A stretch of 64,000 nucleotides of DNA from the NCBI GenBank assembly GCA_951406725.2, contig OX597822.1, positions 32,302,001 through 32,366,000 on the forward strand. Direction: 5' to 3'. Below are positions 43,505-57,163 of the stretch, piece by piece. Positions within the stretch are counted from its first letter, which is position 1. Each line of letters begins with the position of its first letter. Under the pieces are notes generated by a model that saw only the letters and a list, made by a program, of their open reading frames with translations, was not told the origin of the DNA and did no database searches. This DNA comes from Octopus vulgaris (Eukaryota). The translations under genes were made by a program, and so were the position numbers.

Positions 43505-45615
43505 ACCTGGACGAAAACAAACTGTTCCCAGAAGAGCAGAAATGATGCCGCAAAGGCTCATATGGCTGTAAAGATCAACTAATGATTAATAAAGCCGTAA
43601 CTGAAGACAGCCACAGAAAGAAGAAAGGCCTCAGTATGGCCTGGATTGACTACAAAAAGGCGTTTGATAGCATACCCCACACATGGATCCTCGAAACACT
43701 AGCCATTAACAAAGTAGCACCAACAATCATAAAATTCATAGAGCACTCTATGAATAAATGGCAAACAGTCCTACACCTCCAAACAAAAGAGGGACTCATG
43801 AAAACCAAAGACAACCCCATTAGAAGAGGAATATTCCAGGGAGACACGCTCTCTCCACTCCTTTTCTGCTTGGCACTGTCACCTTTATCTGATATGCTAA
43901 ATAGAACTGGATGCGGATATAAATGTTACGGCAAAACGATCAGCCACCTTTTATATATGGATGACCTAAAACTATACGCTGCAAATGACAAACAGCTGGA
44001 AACACTACTAAAGACAGTTCATGGATTTACCAAAGAAATAGATATGAAATTTGGATTAGAAAAATGCGCCAAAGTAACCATGAAAAGAGGAAAACTAGTT
44101 AAGAGTAACAACATCACACTAGATAAAACCAATGAAATAAAAGAATTAGACCAAAGCCAAACTTACAAATACTTAGGAATCCATGAACTAGATAAGACAC
44201 AACACACACAAATGAAAGAGAAAATAAAAAAAAGAATATTATAGACGAGTTAGATCAATACTAAAAACAGAGCTCAATGCTAAAAACAAGATAATAGGTA
44301 TCAACACTTTAGCTGTCCCAGCTATAAGTTACAGCTACAATATCCTTAACTGGACACGAAATGAACTGTCCAAAATAGATAGGAAAACAAGAAAAATACT
44401 GACAGGATCTAGGATGCATCACCCAAAATCTGACATAGAAAGACTATATATACAACGTATAGAAGGTGGTAGAGGCCTTATACAGCTGGAAAACTACTAT
44501 AAAATAACCACCATAGGACTGCAAAAATACCTACTTCAGAAGGAAGGAAAACTGATCCAGATAGCAGCAAAACACGAGCAAAACAAAAAAACTGTTCTCA
44601 GTATTTAAGGAAGCTGACAAATACAAACAAGAAATCATACCACCTAATAAACACAAAGAAGAAGAAAAGGATGATGAAGAAACAACAAAAGCTATAAAAC
44701 AAATGAAATCCAAACTAAAAATAGAACAGCAACGAACCATGATAAAACGATGGCAAGAAAAGCCCCTTCATGGTAAATACTGCACTAAACTAAACGCAAA
44801 AGAAATAGACAAAGAAAAATCCCAGCAATGGTTGAGAAGCTCAGGACTCAAAGCAGACACAGAGGGATTTTTAATTGCAGCACAAGACCAGAGCCTCCCC
44901 ACCACAAATTACCAAAAACATGTAATGAAAAGAAATATTACAAGTAACTGCAGAATATGTGGAGATGGACAAGAAACAATAAATCATATTATCTCTAGCT
45001 GCCCAGTCCTGGCTAAGAAGGAATATATTCACAGACATGACAGAGTTGGAACCTACATACATTGGAAGCTATGCCAACATTATGGAATAACAACAGAAAA
45101 AAGATCGTATAGGCACACACCAGAAAAGGTCACGGAAAACGAGAAAGCAACCATACTCTGGGATATGCCGATACACACAGATAGAGAAATTAAGGCCATC
45201 AGACCAGATATAGTTGTCAGAGATCATGAAGAAAAAAATGCTTTCTAATTGATGTATCAATACCGGCAGATGACAACGTGTCTCTAAAAGAAATGGAGAA
45301 ACTCTCAAAATACAAAGACCTGGAAATAGAGGTAACTAGAATGCGGAACATGAAAACAGAAACAATTCCTATCATAGTAGGTGCATTAGGCATGATAAAA
45401 AAATATTCAGATAAATACATAACAAAAACACCAGGACTTACAAACACATATAACATACAGAAAATTGCACTACTAGGCACTGCACACATCCTACGCAGAA
45501 CACTTTCCATACAATAACCATCAGAGCATCACAACAAATCACAGCACATACCCAAGGCACACAGAGCTGCGCTCGGTAGTGAAGTGAAAGCACGCTATAA
45601 AAATAAAACTACTGA
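43482..45615 (+). mobile_element. 5'-truncated R4/Dong-clade non-LTR retrotransposon, relatively young
   Basis: [42 protein letters not shown]...HIISSC, RHD, RPDIVV, EKLSKYKDL; stop at 45517; frameshifts in A-runs; (TAA)n flanks. Confidence 0.95.
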
Positions 45616-45631
45616 ATAATAATAATAATAA

Positions 45632-45672
<41 letters not shown>

Positions 45673-45685
45673 TAATAATAATAAA

Positions 45686-46643
45686 ATGCCACAGAACTGC
45701 TATTACTAGAAGTAAGAAGGTCAGGCTTATGTAGGATGAAAGATTGCAAAGTTAAAGCACTATACAATAAATTGAGAAGGAATGAACCTGAAAATAGTTG
45801 GGTCAAGAATAGAAAGCATATTGAATTTCATAGGCATGTTGAAAATAAGACGGACAGAGAAAAAAGATGACTGTGGATGACTAAAATTAATTTCAAATCG
45901 GAAACGGAGGCTCTAATCTGTGCTGCCCAAGAGCAAGCACTGAGAACAAACTACATAAAATACAGAATAGAGAGCACATTAGAAAGTGATAAGTGCAGAA
46001 TCTAGAGGCAAAACCGTGAAACCGTATGGCATATTACCAACCAATGTACGCCACTATCCCAGAAGGAATATAAGAAACGTCACGACAATACAGCTAGGTT
46101 AGTCCATTGGAAACTTTGCAACAAGTATGGACTTGACAGAGCAAAAAATTGGTACGGCCACAAACCTGAAGGCATTGTCGAAAATAGAAATGCAAACGTC
46201 CTATGGCATTTTAATTCAGTGTGACAATGACATTGAGAATATTAAGCCAGACATAGTTTTAATTGAGAAAGAAAGAAAACAAACTATGCTGGATCATAGA
46301 GAGAGCATGCTCAGATGACAGCAAGGTATGCGATAAGGAAGAAAGAAATGTTGAGAGATATGACAGGTTAGCTTTGGAAGTTAAGCAGATGTATTCGATT
46401 AAACGGGTAGCAGTAGTACCAATAACTGTCGGAGCCCTTGGAACAATGAGCAAAAATCTCGAGAAGTAAGTGGAACAAATAGGGGCTGCAATAAGAGTGG
46501 GGCACTTGCAGAAATCAGCACTGTTTGGAACCGCTCGAATACTTGTGAAGGTGCTCGAAAAATATGAGGTGTTACCTTAGTTCACTGGTAGTGAACAGCT
46601 GAAACTGTAGTTCAACTTCACCGTTAGAAGCTGGGCAAAGGTA
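45686..46643 (+). mobile_element. Second, older R4/Dong-like LINE 3' fragment
   Basis: TEALICAAQEQALRTNYIK...KCRI...RHD...VHWKLC...KPDIVL...VVPITVGALG; flanked by (TAA)n. Confidence 0.88.
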
Positions 46644-46646
46644 ATA

Positions 46647-46719
<73 letters not shown>

Positions 46720-46754
46720 TAATGATGATGATGATGATGATGAAGATGATGATA

Positions 46755-47545
46755 TCTAATAATTCTAAGTTCAAGAATTCTATATACCAGTGTAAAATTT
46801 CTTCCAGTACCGATGTCTACTTCTACATAGGCGCATCCCCTTCCCAGTTATCTAAGAGTATTTCAAATCATTATTCATCATTTAGGGATAGCAGTAAACG
46901 CCATAGCACAGGGCTAAGTAAATTGGTTTGGCATCTTAAAGACAACAAGAAAGATTTTAAGTTAGATTGGTTCATCATGTCTATATATTTTCCTTACGAT
47001 TAGGGCAAGGGATTTTGTAACATTTGCAACTCTGAACTCTTCCATATTCTCTTCTCTAAGAATCACCATGTTAACACACTTATAGAGCTATCTTACAAAT
47101 GTAAAAACACTGGCAGAAACATACCTTCAACTCATATAAGTGATTTCGCCAGTCTTTATAGTTTGAACAGTTAGTTTAAGTTGCACTTTACTTCAATACA
47201 GAAATCTACTTCTAAGCCGTTGAACATCTTTTCAACCAACGTATACCTGTTTATTTGTTCTCTACTTATTATTTCTTTAACCCTTCTCTTTCTAGTATCT
47301 GCCTTTGACGTCGAATCTACTAACGGTTTTTTAAAATACTTAATATCGATCTATTTATCATTTAGGCAGTCATCGTAATTGTTAGAATGTCTTGTTATTG
47401 AGATAGGCTCTCTTTCTTTCCTGATAAGAAGATTGCATTTTACACGGTTTATTCTTTTGGAATAATACCATGTTGTTTTAGAAACATATGTCTAAAGTAA
47501 AAGAATTTTAACGACATCTTCGTTCAACTCCATTTATTTACTTAT
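46755..47545 (+). mobile_element. Penelope-like element 3' end: GIY-YIG endonuclease pseudogene and pLTR with degenerate hammerhead
   Basis: NSIYQCKI...FYIG...NHYSSFR...STGLSKLVWHLKD...CNICNSE; CTTTC-CTGATAA-(long stem II)-GAAACATATGTC-TAAAG at 47416-47497. Confidence 0.82.
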
Positions 47546-47562
47546 ATATATATATATATATA

Positions 47563-47686
47563 AAAGAGCGTAGGCTCGAAACGTAAAATACTTGTTTTAT
47601 TTATATTCCTGAGCGCCATACTAATACAATTGTTTGTTTGTACTCCACCTGTCTTCGTCTTTTGTTTATTTTCATAAAGCTTCCAG

Positions 47687-47688
<2 letters not shown>
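47563..47688 (+). mobile_element. ~200 bp hammerhead-bearing repeat, copy 4 (5' truncated inside the core)
   Basis: AGAGCGTAGGCTCGAAACGTAAAA...CCACCTGTCTTCGTCTTTTG between (TA)n tracts. Confidence 0.75.
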
Positions 47689-47753
<65 letters not shown>

Positions 47754-48311
47754 TATGTTTATATATATATACATGTATCTTGATAAATATAAATATGTAT
47801 ATATTATCAGCCACACATACACTACGAAAACCACTTACAAATTCGCCTCTAGTTAGCAGTTTAGCGCGGCAGAAACGCTAGGTGTTAATTGTTTTAATAC
47901 GCCATAACCATCTGCTAATTTTTGAACTTTGCTTATATATTACACGCAATATCGTGTTAATACGATTCAATTATAGGTGTATAAACGTGCATTCTCGAGT
48001 GATTGGAGTCAATGCACTTTGAAGCTGGTCTCTGGAGGATGCGTAGGTATGTATACAGCTCGTATTGAATCGTAGTAATACAATATTGCAACACCTGCTA
48101 ATCATGCATTGAAAGAGGTGTAGTGAATTGCAATAAAGCCTTTTCAATGCATCTCGTACTCGTTGTTTTGTTTATACACTACGTTTATTTATGGATTTTA
48201 CAATGTATATCTAGTAATATGAGAATTCCTACACTTTAATAACATTTGGTAGAAAATATCCAGAGAGGAGATCTGCAAATCACATTACACATTATTAATA
48301 ATTCAGATTAT

Positions 48312-48344
<33 letters not shown>

Positions 48345-50400
48345 CATTCATTTATTTATATAAACATGTGTGTGTGTGTATGTATGTATGTGTGTGTATA
48401 AACCGAAGCTTGTGACGGCATAAAAACAATGGAAAATGGAAGAAATTGGAAATGAAGGAAAAGGAAGTGTAGATTTTAAGGACATGGAAGGAAATGGGTT
48501 TGCTAACTTCTCTGTATTTGTCAATGCATTATATATATATAGGAAATATCTAGGGAATTACATTACGTGTCTAGAAGGAAAATAATTTATAAAATGTGCG
48601 TGAAACTGCATTAAATATTGATAGGATATTGACGGTGTTTGAGGTAATGCATGTTATATTAGAAAGTATAACAAATGAAACTCAGAAGAAGAACATAGTT
48701 AAGACAGACAGAATGTTATACAATTGCATCATACGCGATTGTTTATAATCGTTTCGGTGATAGATATGTGAGAATATGTTAGTAGGATGCTTGCGTGTGT
48801 GTGTAGGTCTATGCAGGAATATTTATGATGTGTACGTATGTGTACACTCGTATACATACGTAAAGCGTATATACATAAGTGAGGCCTATAAATATAGTCG
48901 TAGCCAAAAGTTTAGAATTTTAATATTAAATGCCGAAATATATATGTTGTATATATATATTTGAATCCAATTGTATTGCTACTTGGGCATAACAATTTTA
49001 ATTTAAAAAACAATCGTTCTAATCTTTCGGCCGCGACTGCTCGTGAAGTTATCTATGAATATATGTGTAAAACATATCAACCATAAGAAATTCATATAAA
49101 AAATAATGGCTGAGAATTGTAAATTTCTAACAAATTATGAATAAAAATGAAATGACATTCAAAATATAAATGTAAAATTTATTTATATGTGACTGTTACT
49201 GCCAATATAGGTGTAATATATCCAGTACGGGAACATGCATACCTTTTAGAAGTAATTTCTTTGATGATTAAAGTTCAATAAATCATATTACTATAATAAA
49301 TTATTTTATTTTTCGATATGTATAGACGAAGCACTGTAATATGTTGATGTATGGCAAGCGGAGCTTCTGTGACTGATCAATTGATTTCCAAAGTATACTT
49401 GTCCAATATTTCAAATAACAGACGTACTTGGAAGTTTTGGTGATACTTCCTTCTTGCTGTCCTCTGTATAAATAACTGTGCTAGTGGTACAGATTATACG
49501 CCACCATATCGTCCAGTTATAATTCCATTTATAATGAAATATCTATAAATGACATGCGAAAAGTAATACAGAGCAAAATAAACTGTATAAGTCAAGAATT
49601 TATATCAATAATATTATTAAAATCGGAAAACAATAAAAGATTTTCTCTGACTTATTTTGTTTTCAGGCAATAAAAACCATCTGTCGCACATTCCATTATC
49701 AGCAACGTGGGCTAGACATAGCATTGTTGTTGATGTCATTCTATGAAAAGATTCTTTATAATTGAAAATATTTAATATTAGATAGAAAAGTTTTATTGTG
49801 GGTTGAACATAAAAATGTTAGTGACCAGGTCGTAGTTTCAAGCGACGGAAATTTTGACTCTGTGTCGCAAATAATAAATGTTTAAATGCAGTTAACAGTC
49901 CTTGTGTGTGTTCTGATTGGCTAACAGGTGTCTTCTACGCTGTAAAATTTTTACTATCATCACACTGTCTCAGATCAAATAATAAAACCTCGATGGTATC
50001 ATTTGAGTATAGAAAGTTAAACTAAAATTTACAGGTAGTTGGACATCAAAAGAAGCGGTCTATATGCATGGAATTATGTTGATGAAAATAAATACACTCT
50101 GTATTGGTTTAATCACCGCTGTTTAGCATGCATTTGATTAATGAATTCCAACTTGATAAACTTTAATACACGCTTGCAATTTATAATTTCTTTTGGAATA
50201 TGTGTATGGACGGCAGCTCTTAGAGGAACATGAAACACTGTTTTGTTATCTTTTATTGATAATGCATAATCACGCAGAAACACGTGTTTTATAACCGGAT
50301 GTCACTGATCATCCACTATGATGAGTTTCCACCCACACAGTATAAAAGATACTTTCATTTGCGAGACTTTTACTGCAACAAAGACGTTTCAATTTTTTTA

Positions 50401-50818
50401 AGGCAGCGAGCTGGCAGAAACGTTAGCACTCCGGGCGTAATGCGTAGCCGTATTTCGTCTGCCGTTACGTTCCGAGTTCAAATTCTGCCGAGGCCGACTT
50501 TGCCTTTCATCCTTTCGGGGTCGATAAATTAAGTACCAGCTACACACTGGGGTCGATGTAATTGACTTAATCCGTTTGTCTGTCCTTGTTTGTCCTCTCT
50601 GTGTTTAACCCCTTGTGGGTAGTAAAGAAATAGGTATTTAGTCTGCCGCTACGTTCTGAGTTCAAATACCGCCGAGTTCGACTTTGCCTTTTATCTGTTC
50701 TAAGGTCGATTAAATAAGTACCAGTTACGCACTGGGGTCGATATAATCGACTTAATCCGTTTGTCTGTCCTTGTTTGTCCTCTCTGTGTTTAACTGAATG
50801 TGGGTAATAAAGATATAG
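50401..50818 (+). mobile_element. SINE family A with one internal-unit reiteration
   Basis: Head at 50401; tail AAAGAAATA runs into GGTATTT.GTCTGCC and a second body. Confidence 0.88.
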
Positions 50819-50829
50819 ATACTCATAAA

Positions 50830-50960
50830 TCCACTCATAATGCTTTAGCCGGCCCGTGGCTATAGTAGGAGACACCTGCCGAAAGTGCCGCGCAGTGAAA
50901 CTGAACCCGGAACCATGCGGTTGGGAACCAAGCTTCTTACCAGACAGACACTCCTACGCC
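50830..50960 (-). mobile_element. SINE family B 5' part
   Basis: CTGAACCCGGAACCATG...GCTTCTTAC...CACTCCTACGCC. Confidence 0.75.
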
Positions 50961-51400
50961 CATGTTCAGAAATTTTAAATAACTGAATTATTGTAGATCA
51001 CGCACTGATGCCTATCAGTATACGGTATTTTACATTGGAACTTCAGCGTAATTAACAAAATGATAATGTCTATCAGTTGTCAAGTAAAAAAATATTGCAT
51101 GAAACATATTTTGATATTCGGATTCTAATATATAGCATGTCATTTACTCAGGCACCATATAATTTGAAGTTGAAGTTTAATACGTTCTAATATTCATTGG
51201 TATTGATTATGCAGTCGACCAATACATTGCAATTTATGCGGGTATTTATAAAGATATTTATATATATATATACATGTACAAAGTGACGTACACCCATATC
51301 CATTCATTCATTCATACATACACACTGACACACACATACTCATACACACATCTATACATATTCATTCATCCATTCATTCATACATACACACATATATATG

Positions 51401-51470
<70 letters not shown>

Positions 51471-51591
51471 CAGAGAGAGACAGAGAGACAGAGAGAGACG
51501 GATAGACAGAGAGATAGAGAGAGAGAGATATACAAATGCTCTAATATCTATACAGCCTTGGTTTTATATCTCATTGCGCAAAAAAAATTCT

Positions 51592-51626
<35 letters not shown>

Positions 51627-52477
51627 ATGCAAGTAAACATACACACATGTAAACTCCATGGCTGCAAGTGAAATAATGAAGAAAAGGTGTAGAGGTATTT
51701 AATAATAGTGAATGGTTTTAATGGATTATAATGGACTAATGCGAAACAAAAAATTAGACCAGTTAATCAGGGCTGTAGTCATTTTGATCGTAGGTTTATG
51801 GAATCAGGTCTTCCCTGTCCTGGGCCTGAAACAGAAACCTATATAATCCCCTGTCTTTAGTATTAACATGGTGTTTAGCTTGCGCCTTTTATACCGGTTT
51901 ACTTTCATGCTAACGTCATCACATCCCCGAGATATGTACTCCATATTGTTTGATATATGCAAACGCTCGAGAAATTTCAAAACTTTATATGACAAGCATC
52001 AGTTATTTTTCTCTATCTGACAGAAAAGTGCTGTAAATTGTAGGCTGTCTTACGATTGAAGCCTGCCCCATCAAATACCATACGTGATGAGTTGAATATT
52101 ATATCCGCCATAAGGATCAGAGATCTGCGATACAATTAATTCATTGTAAAGTTGTTATTCATAACCATCCCCATCAGAAACCAAACAAGTAACGTGGAAA
52201 AGACTACTTTAAGTTGTATTCCATTTTATTGCAATGAATCGTGTTGAACGCTAACTCCTTTGTGTCAACGCCTCAGCGTCCTTAACTAAAGCATTAATTC
52301 CATATTCTGTTACACAAAATGGGTTAAAATACATATAAATGCTATCAATCGTCGCTGGATTAGAACAAATCAATACAATTAAAACTGTATTAAATCAACA
52401 CATTTCCCTCACATATTTGGTAGCAATAAAAACCATCTGTTACTCATCACATTACCTCAAGTATGTGTGAGTGTGTG

Positions 52478-52537
<60 letters not shown>

Positions 52538-53074
52538 ATAAGCTTTAATTTGAGCCAGTCTTATTTTTTTATTATCTTCTTATTTTCGAACGGTCTTTTA
52601 GCTTTAACGCTTTATTAACTGCATGCAGTAAATTTTGAATAGCCAAACGTCGACACCTAATGGAAACAGTTTTCATTTTTCATTAATTTGATTGGATTTT
52701 GATGCCATCCATTACCGTTCATACAAGGTGATAATAGCTGTTAATTAGGAATTAAAGTGATTAACCAATGCGCTCATTAGCAAAATATAATTTTGAAGTT
52801 GCGATATACGCTACGCGAATTGAAATTAACTTAGTCTGGTGGCAATACTGATCTATATCTAAATTCTATGTCGCCACTCGTCAAAGAAATTTACTTTTTC
52901 CTGTGTTAATATCTAAATGTCACCGATTTTAGCGTGGACGTCCACATACAGACACGCACACAAAAACACACACACACCCAAACACACACACGCATATATA
53001 TTCACGCACACAAACGTGCGCGCACACACAAACGTGCGCGCACACACAAACACACATACGTATATTCTATTTTT

Positions 53075-53250
53075 ATTCTTTTACTATTTTACTTGTTTCA
53101 GTCATTTGACGGTGGCGATGCTGGAGCACCGACTTTAGTCGAGAAAATCGACACCAGAACGTATTCTTTGCAACACTAGTACTTATTCTATCGGGCTCTT
53201 TTGCCGAACCGCTAAGTTACTGGGTCGTAAACACATCAGCATCGTAAGCA
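53075..53250 (-). mobile_element. SINE family B 3' half
   Basis: TTTTACTTGTTTCAGTCATTTGAC...GCTGGAGCACC...TTGCCGAACCGCTAAGTTAC. Confidence 0.82.
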
Positions 53251-53294
53251 CACACATAAATACATACACACACACATGAACACACACACATAGT

Positions 53295-54478
53295 GTCTAC
53301 CTTCCAAGGAGAAGAACGTCTTTTCTTCGTTGATGCACCAGAAGGAACGGGGAAAACATTTCTACTTAACCTATTTCTGTCAAAACAAAGACAGATGGGA
53401 AAGAGCGATTGCAGTCGCATCATCAGGGATAGCGGCAACTTTGTTAACCGGTGAGCGGACAGTTCACTCAAGGTTCAAATTACGTTTCTGTTTGACTTCA
53501 ACGGATTCCCAAATGTGCAATAATTCAAAACGATCACTAACGGCGGAAGTTCTGCTCCAAACTACACTCATTGCCTGGGATCAATGTACGATGGCACACT
53601 GTGTGCACTAGAAGCCCTAAATAGATCACCATGAGGTATTAGAAACAATACTGCCTTTATGGGGGCGAGTTTAACTGTTGTCCTTGCAGGGGATTTCCGT
53701 CAAATATTACCCGTCATATCACGGGGTATGCGAGCTGATGGGATCTATGCGAGTCTGAAGCCTTCACCACTGTGGAGATTTGTTCATCAGCTTTCATTAA
53801 GCAACAATATGGGAGCTCATCTCTACAATGACCCCTTAGCTGATGTATTCTCTTATCAACTTCTACAAATTAGAAATGGCGTCTTACCGTTAAATAACCC
53901 CTTGCATCAGCATGAACTGCAATGTGTGCACATGGTGTCAATATTTCCCGAGCTTACATAAGTATTTCTCATATTGCAAGACAACTTCAAAAATATATCA
54001 TGGCTCGCAGAGAGATCAATTTTTGCACCACCGAATGAAAGGGCTGATAAAGTACACCATGAACTCCTCCACATTCTACCTGAAGATGCTTAAATGTTTG
54101 CCTCTATTGATACTACCATCGACGATCATGCCGCTGTTGAGTATCCAGTTGAATTACTCATCTCTTTTTAACTCACAGGGTTGCCACCGCATAAGTTGTT
54201 CCTAAAGAAAGGTGCACCTATCATGAGGAATTCGGACTCACTATAACTATGCAATGGTACAAGATTGATTATAACTACAACAATTCCTGTCATAGAAGCA
54301 ACCATTATTGCCGGCTGCCATTCCCTCATATGTGCCATTTCAGTTCAAGCGCCTCCAGTTCTCAGCACGATTGTGCTTCACTATGACAATCAACAAAGCC
54401 GAGGGTCAAACTTGAAAAATTGTGGGTCACAATTTACAGCTACCCTGTTTTTATCATGGACAACTATATGTCGCGCGC
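53295..54478 (+). pseudogene. Helitron RepHel PIF1-type helicase fragment
   Basis: FFVDAPEGTGKTFL (Walker A), AVASSGIAATLL, HSRFKL, WDQCTM, LAGDFRQILPV, RLQF...MTINKAEGQT, HGQLYVA; many stops and frameshifts. Confidence 0.92.
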
Positions 54479-55067
54479 CTGTGTACGTGCGTGTGAATGT
54501 GAGTATTTTGGAGCATGTAAAATCATATATATATATATATACACACACACAGACACACACAAATACACACACAAACACAGACACTCTCACAGATATATTA
54601 CTGCGAATGCGTGTGTAGTGTGCCTTTATAAAATATAAGTATTGCTGCGTTATTTCTACATGTTTATTTAAACATAAATATACATGCTTCTTGCTACATG
54701 CCCAGAGAGGTGCATAAATTATGCTCAAACAAAATAGCGATATATTTTCCGCAAGATGTACTAAAATGGCCGTGTTTATAGCATGCGGGTATAGTACAAA
54801 ATTTTATCCGTTAACTAGTCCCTTTTCAATAAATCATTCTCCCTCTCTTTGTTTTTTCTCTTCATACACACTGCTATCTTACACTAAACTTACTTTTAAT
54901 TCAAGCTAATAAATGTCTATGTGTGTAAGCGAGTGTTCATATATATAAATCTATGTTTATACACATGCGTATATATATATGTGTATATGTATAGATCTAT
55001 CTATATGTCTATCGATCTATCAGGCTCTCTTCCCCTCTCACTCTGTGTATATGTATATATATATATT

Positions 55068-55110
<43 letters not shown>

Positions 55111-55753
55111 TTGTATAGTGTGCTGTGCTGTGATATATGTGAGTGTTTATGTATAAAAACATGTTAACGTATAACTATATTCCATAGATTTTTGTGCCCG
55201 GTTCATAATACCATGGCAAGATTTAAAATATATTACAGTCCATTGTTGCAACAATTCATTTAGTATAGTGATACTAGTGGTGTATATCTGTTTGGGGTGC
55301 GTGTGTGCGTATATGTGCCTGTTAATGTGTGTGTGTGTGTGCTTGTGTGTCTGTGCAAAGACAATTATATGTGTGAATGTAGGTGTATGCATGTGGACAC
55401 GCACATATACAAGAAATCACACAGAAACGCACACACGTGCGTATCTACAGAATGACAGTTAGGAAAGGATAAGAACAAATGGAAGATAAATATAGGGAAG
55501 CCACAGGCACAGCTGCGTGATAAGAGGGTTGATTCCCAAGCACATCATTTGAGGTTTGAATCTCACTGCCTAGCAGCTTGGGCAAATGTTTTCTACTATA
55601 GTCACGGGCTGAAGAAAGCCGAGTAACTAGATATGATACGAAGAAAGCGAGAGAAATCTGTCCTATATAAACACACACACCCACTCACACGCACACGCAC
55701 ACACCCACATACATACATACATAAATACATACAAACATACATACATACATACA

Positions 55754-55848
<95 letters not shown>

Positions 55849-56019
55849 TATAAGCATAATTATAATTAGGTTCAGCAAAATTGCTTCACTACATAACGAA
55901 ATTAATTTAGAAATAGCAATTAATTACTATTCCATTACCATAAGACATCTCCCAGACAGCAACACTCCCAACTCACGCAGGCAAAGAGAAAAAATAATGA
56001 ATCCACCGGGCATTGATCA

Positions 56020-56095
56020 ACTACGTACGCGTTTCTGGATTAACGGGATTGGTAAAATACCATTTTTACTCACTTATTTCCGTCTTCAGTATAGT
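56020..56095 (-). ncRNA. Type I hammerhead ribozyme motif (canonical core, long stem II)
   Basis: ACTATA-CTGAAGA-CGGA...TCCA-GAAACGCGTA-CGTAGT; palindromic stem III ACGCGT; mismatches at the bases of stems I and II. Confidence 0.7.
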
Positions 56096-56558
56096 ATTTC
56101 AATTATAAATTTGTGAGTACTAATAATTAAAATATGTATTCGACTAAGCGCCATTGAATAGCTTATATTCAAAAACCTATACTTCCGAATTTATATAGAC
56201 GAATGAAAGCTCTCCTTCTTCCCCCAATCACGCACGTGTGATACGAGTAATCGCACAGAAACAGCAGTTTAATATCAGGGAGTGAATTATATTATCAATA
56301 ATAATATAGGGTAAAATTAATAATTAATAATTTTACTAAGTATTTCGGTATGTTAAAAGAACCATTATCGGTAAACTTATACAAACATTTTATAATTATA
56401 AGCATAATTATAATTAGAGTTCAGCAAAATTGCTTCACCACATACCGAAATTCAGAAATAGCAGTTAAATAATATTCCACTACCATAAGATATCTCCCAG
56501 ACACTCCAAACTCACGCAGGCAAAGAAAACAAATAACGAATCCACCCAGCTTTGATCA

Positions 56559-56632
56559 ACTATATACGCGTTTCTGGATTAAAGATATGTAAAATATTAT
56601 TTCTACTCACTTATTTCCTTCTTCGGTATTGT
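56559..56632 (-). ncRNA. Type I hammerhead ribozyme motif, second copy (U4C)
   Basis: ACAATA-CCGAAGA-AGGA...TCCA-GAAACGCGTA-TATAGT. Confidence 0.62.
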
Positions 56633-57080
56633 AGTATATATATTGTAAATGAAAGACGGAAGATAGAATATACGAGAATTTATTATTAATCTCGACATTT
56701 GTTTCGTTACATCTAGCATCGATCACTCACGGTAGTCTTTTACTGCAGCATTAAATGTAGTTTTACTAAAGTACAGAACGCATTGCTCACTATGGTAGAA
56801 GATACACAAAATTCAAACACGCTCAACTTTAAAACACGCACCCTTAGATACTCGCAGTGTGTGCATATCTATTTACGTATGTGTACCCGTGTTGATTTAT
56901 ATATACGACGGATTCATCTGGCGGAGATGACTTATGAGTCTTCAGCTTTTACCAAACGACCTGCACGAATGATTTGACTATAGTGATCAAATTTTCGTGC
57001 CGCATTTTAACACAATCTCTCAATCAAATCGACGTTGAATGAAGAGGTATATTGTGTGCAACCACTAGGCCATTCGCCTT

Positions 57081-57113
<33 letters not shown>

Positions 57114-57163
57114 AAATACTAAATTTCTAAATCTCTCATAGAGACAAGTACGGTGGTGGGGCG

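Larger units (their letters stand above)
55842..56650 (-). mobile_element. Partial tandem (period ~540-548 bp) non-coding repeat with one hammerhead per unit; retrozyme / Penelope pLTR-like
   Basis: 55842-56110 aligns with 56390-56650; minus-strand hammerheads at 56020-56095 and 56559-56632. Confidence 0.8.

Noticed and set aside
46995-47010. Selenocysteine read-through in the GIY-YIG ORF (as in some Naiad PLEs)
   Set aside because: The in-frame stop is TAG, not TGA.
53295-54478. Host PIF1 helicase gene
   Set aside because: Intronless, full of stops and frameshifts, with Helitron-type motifs.
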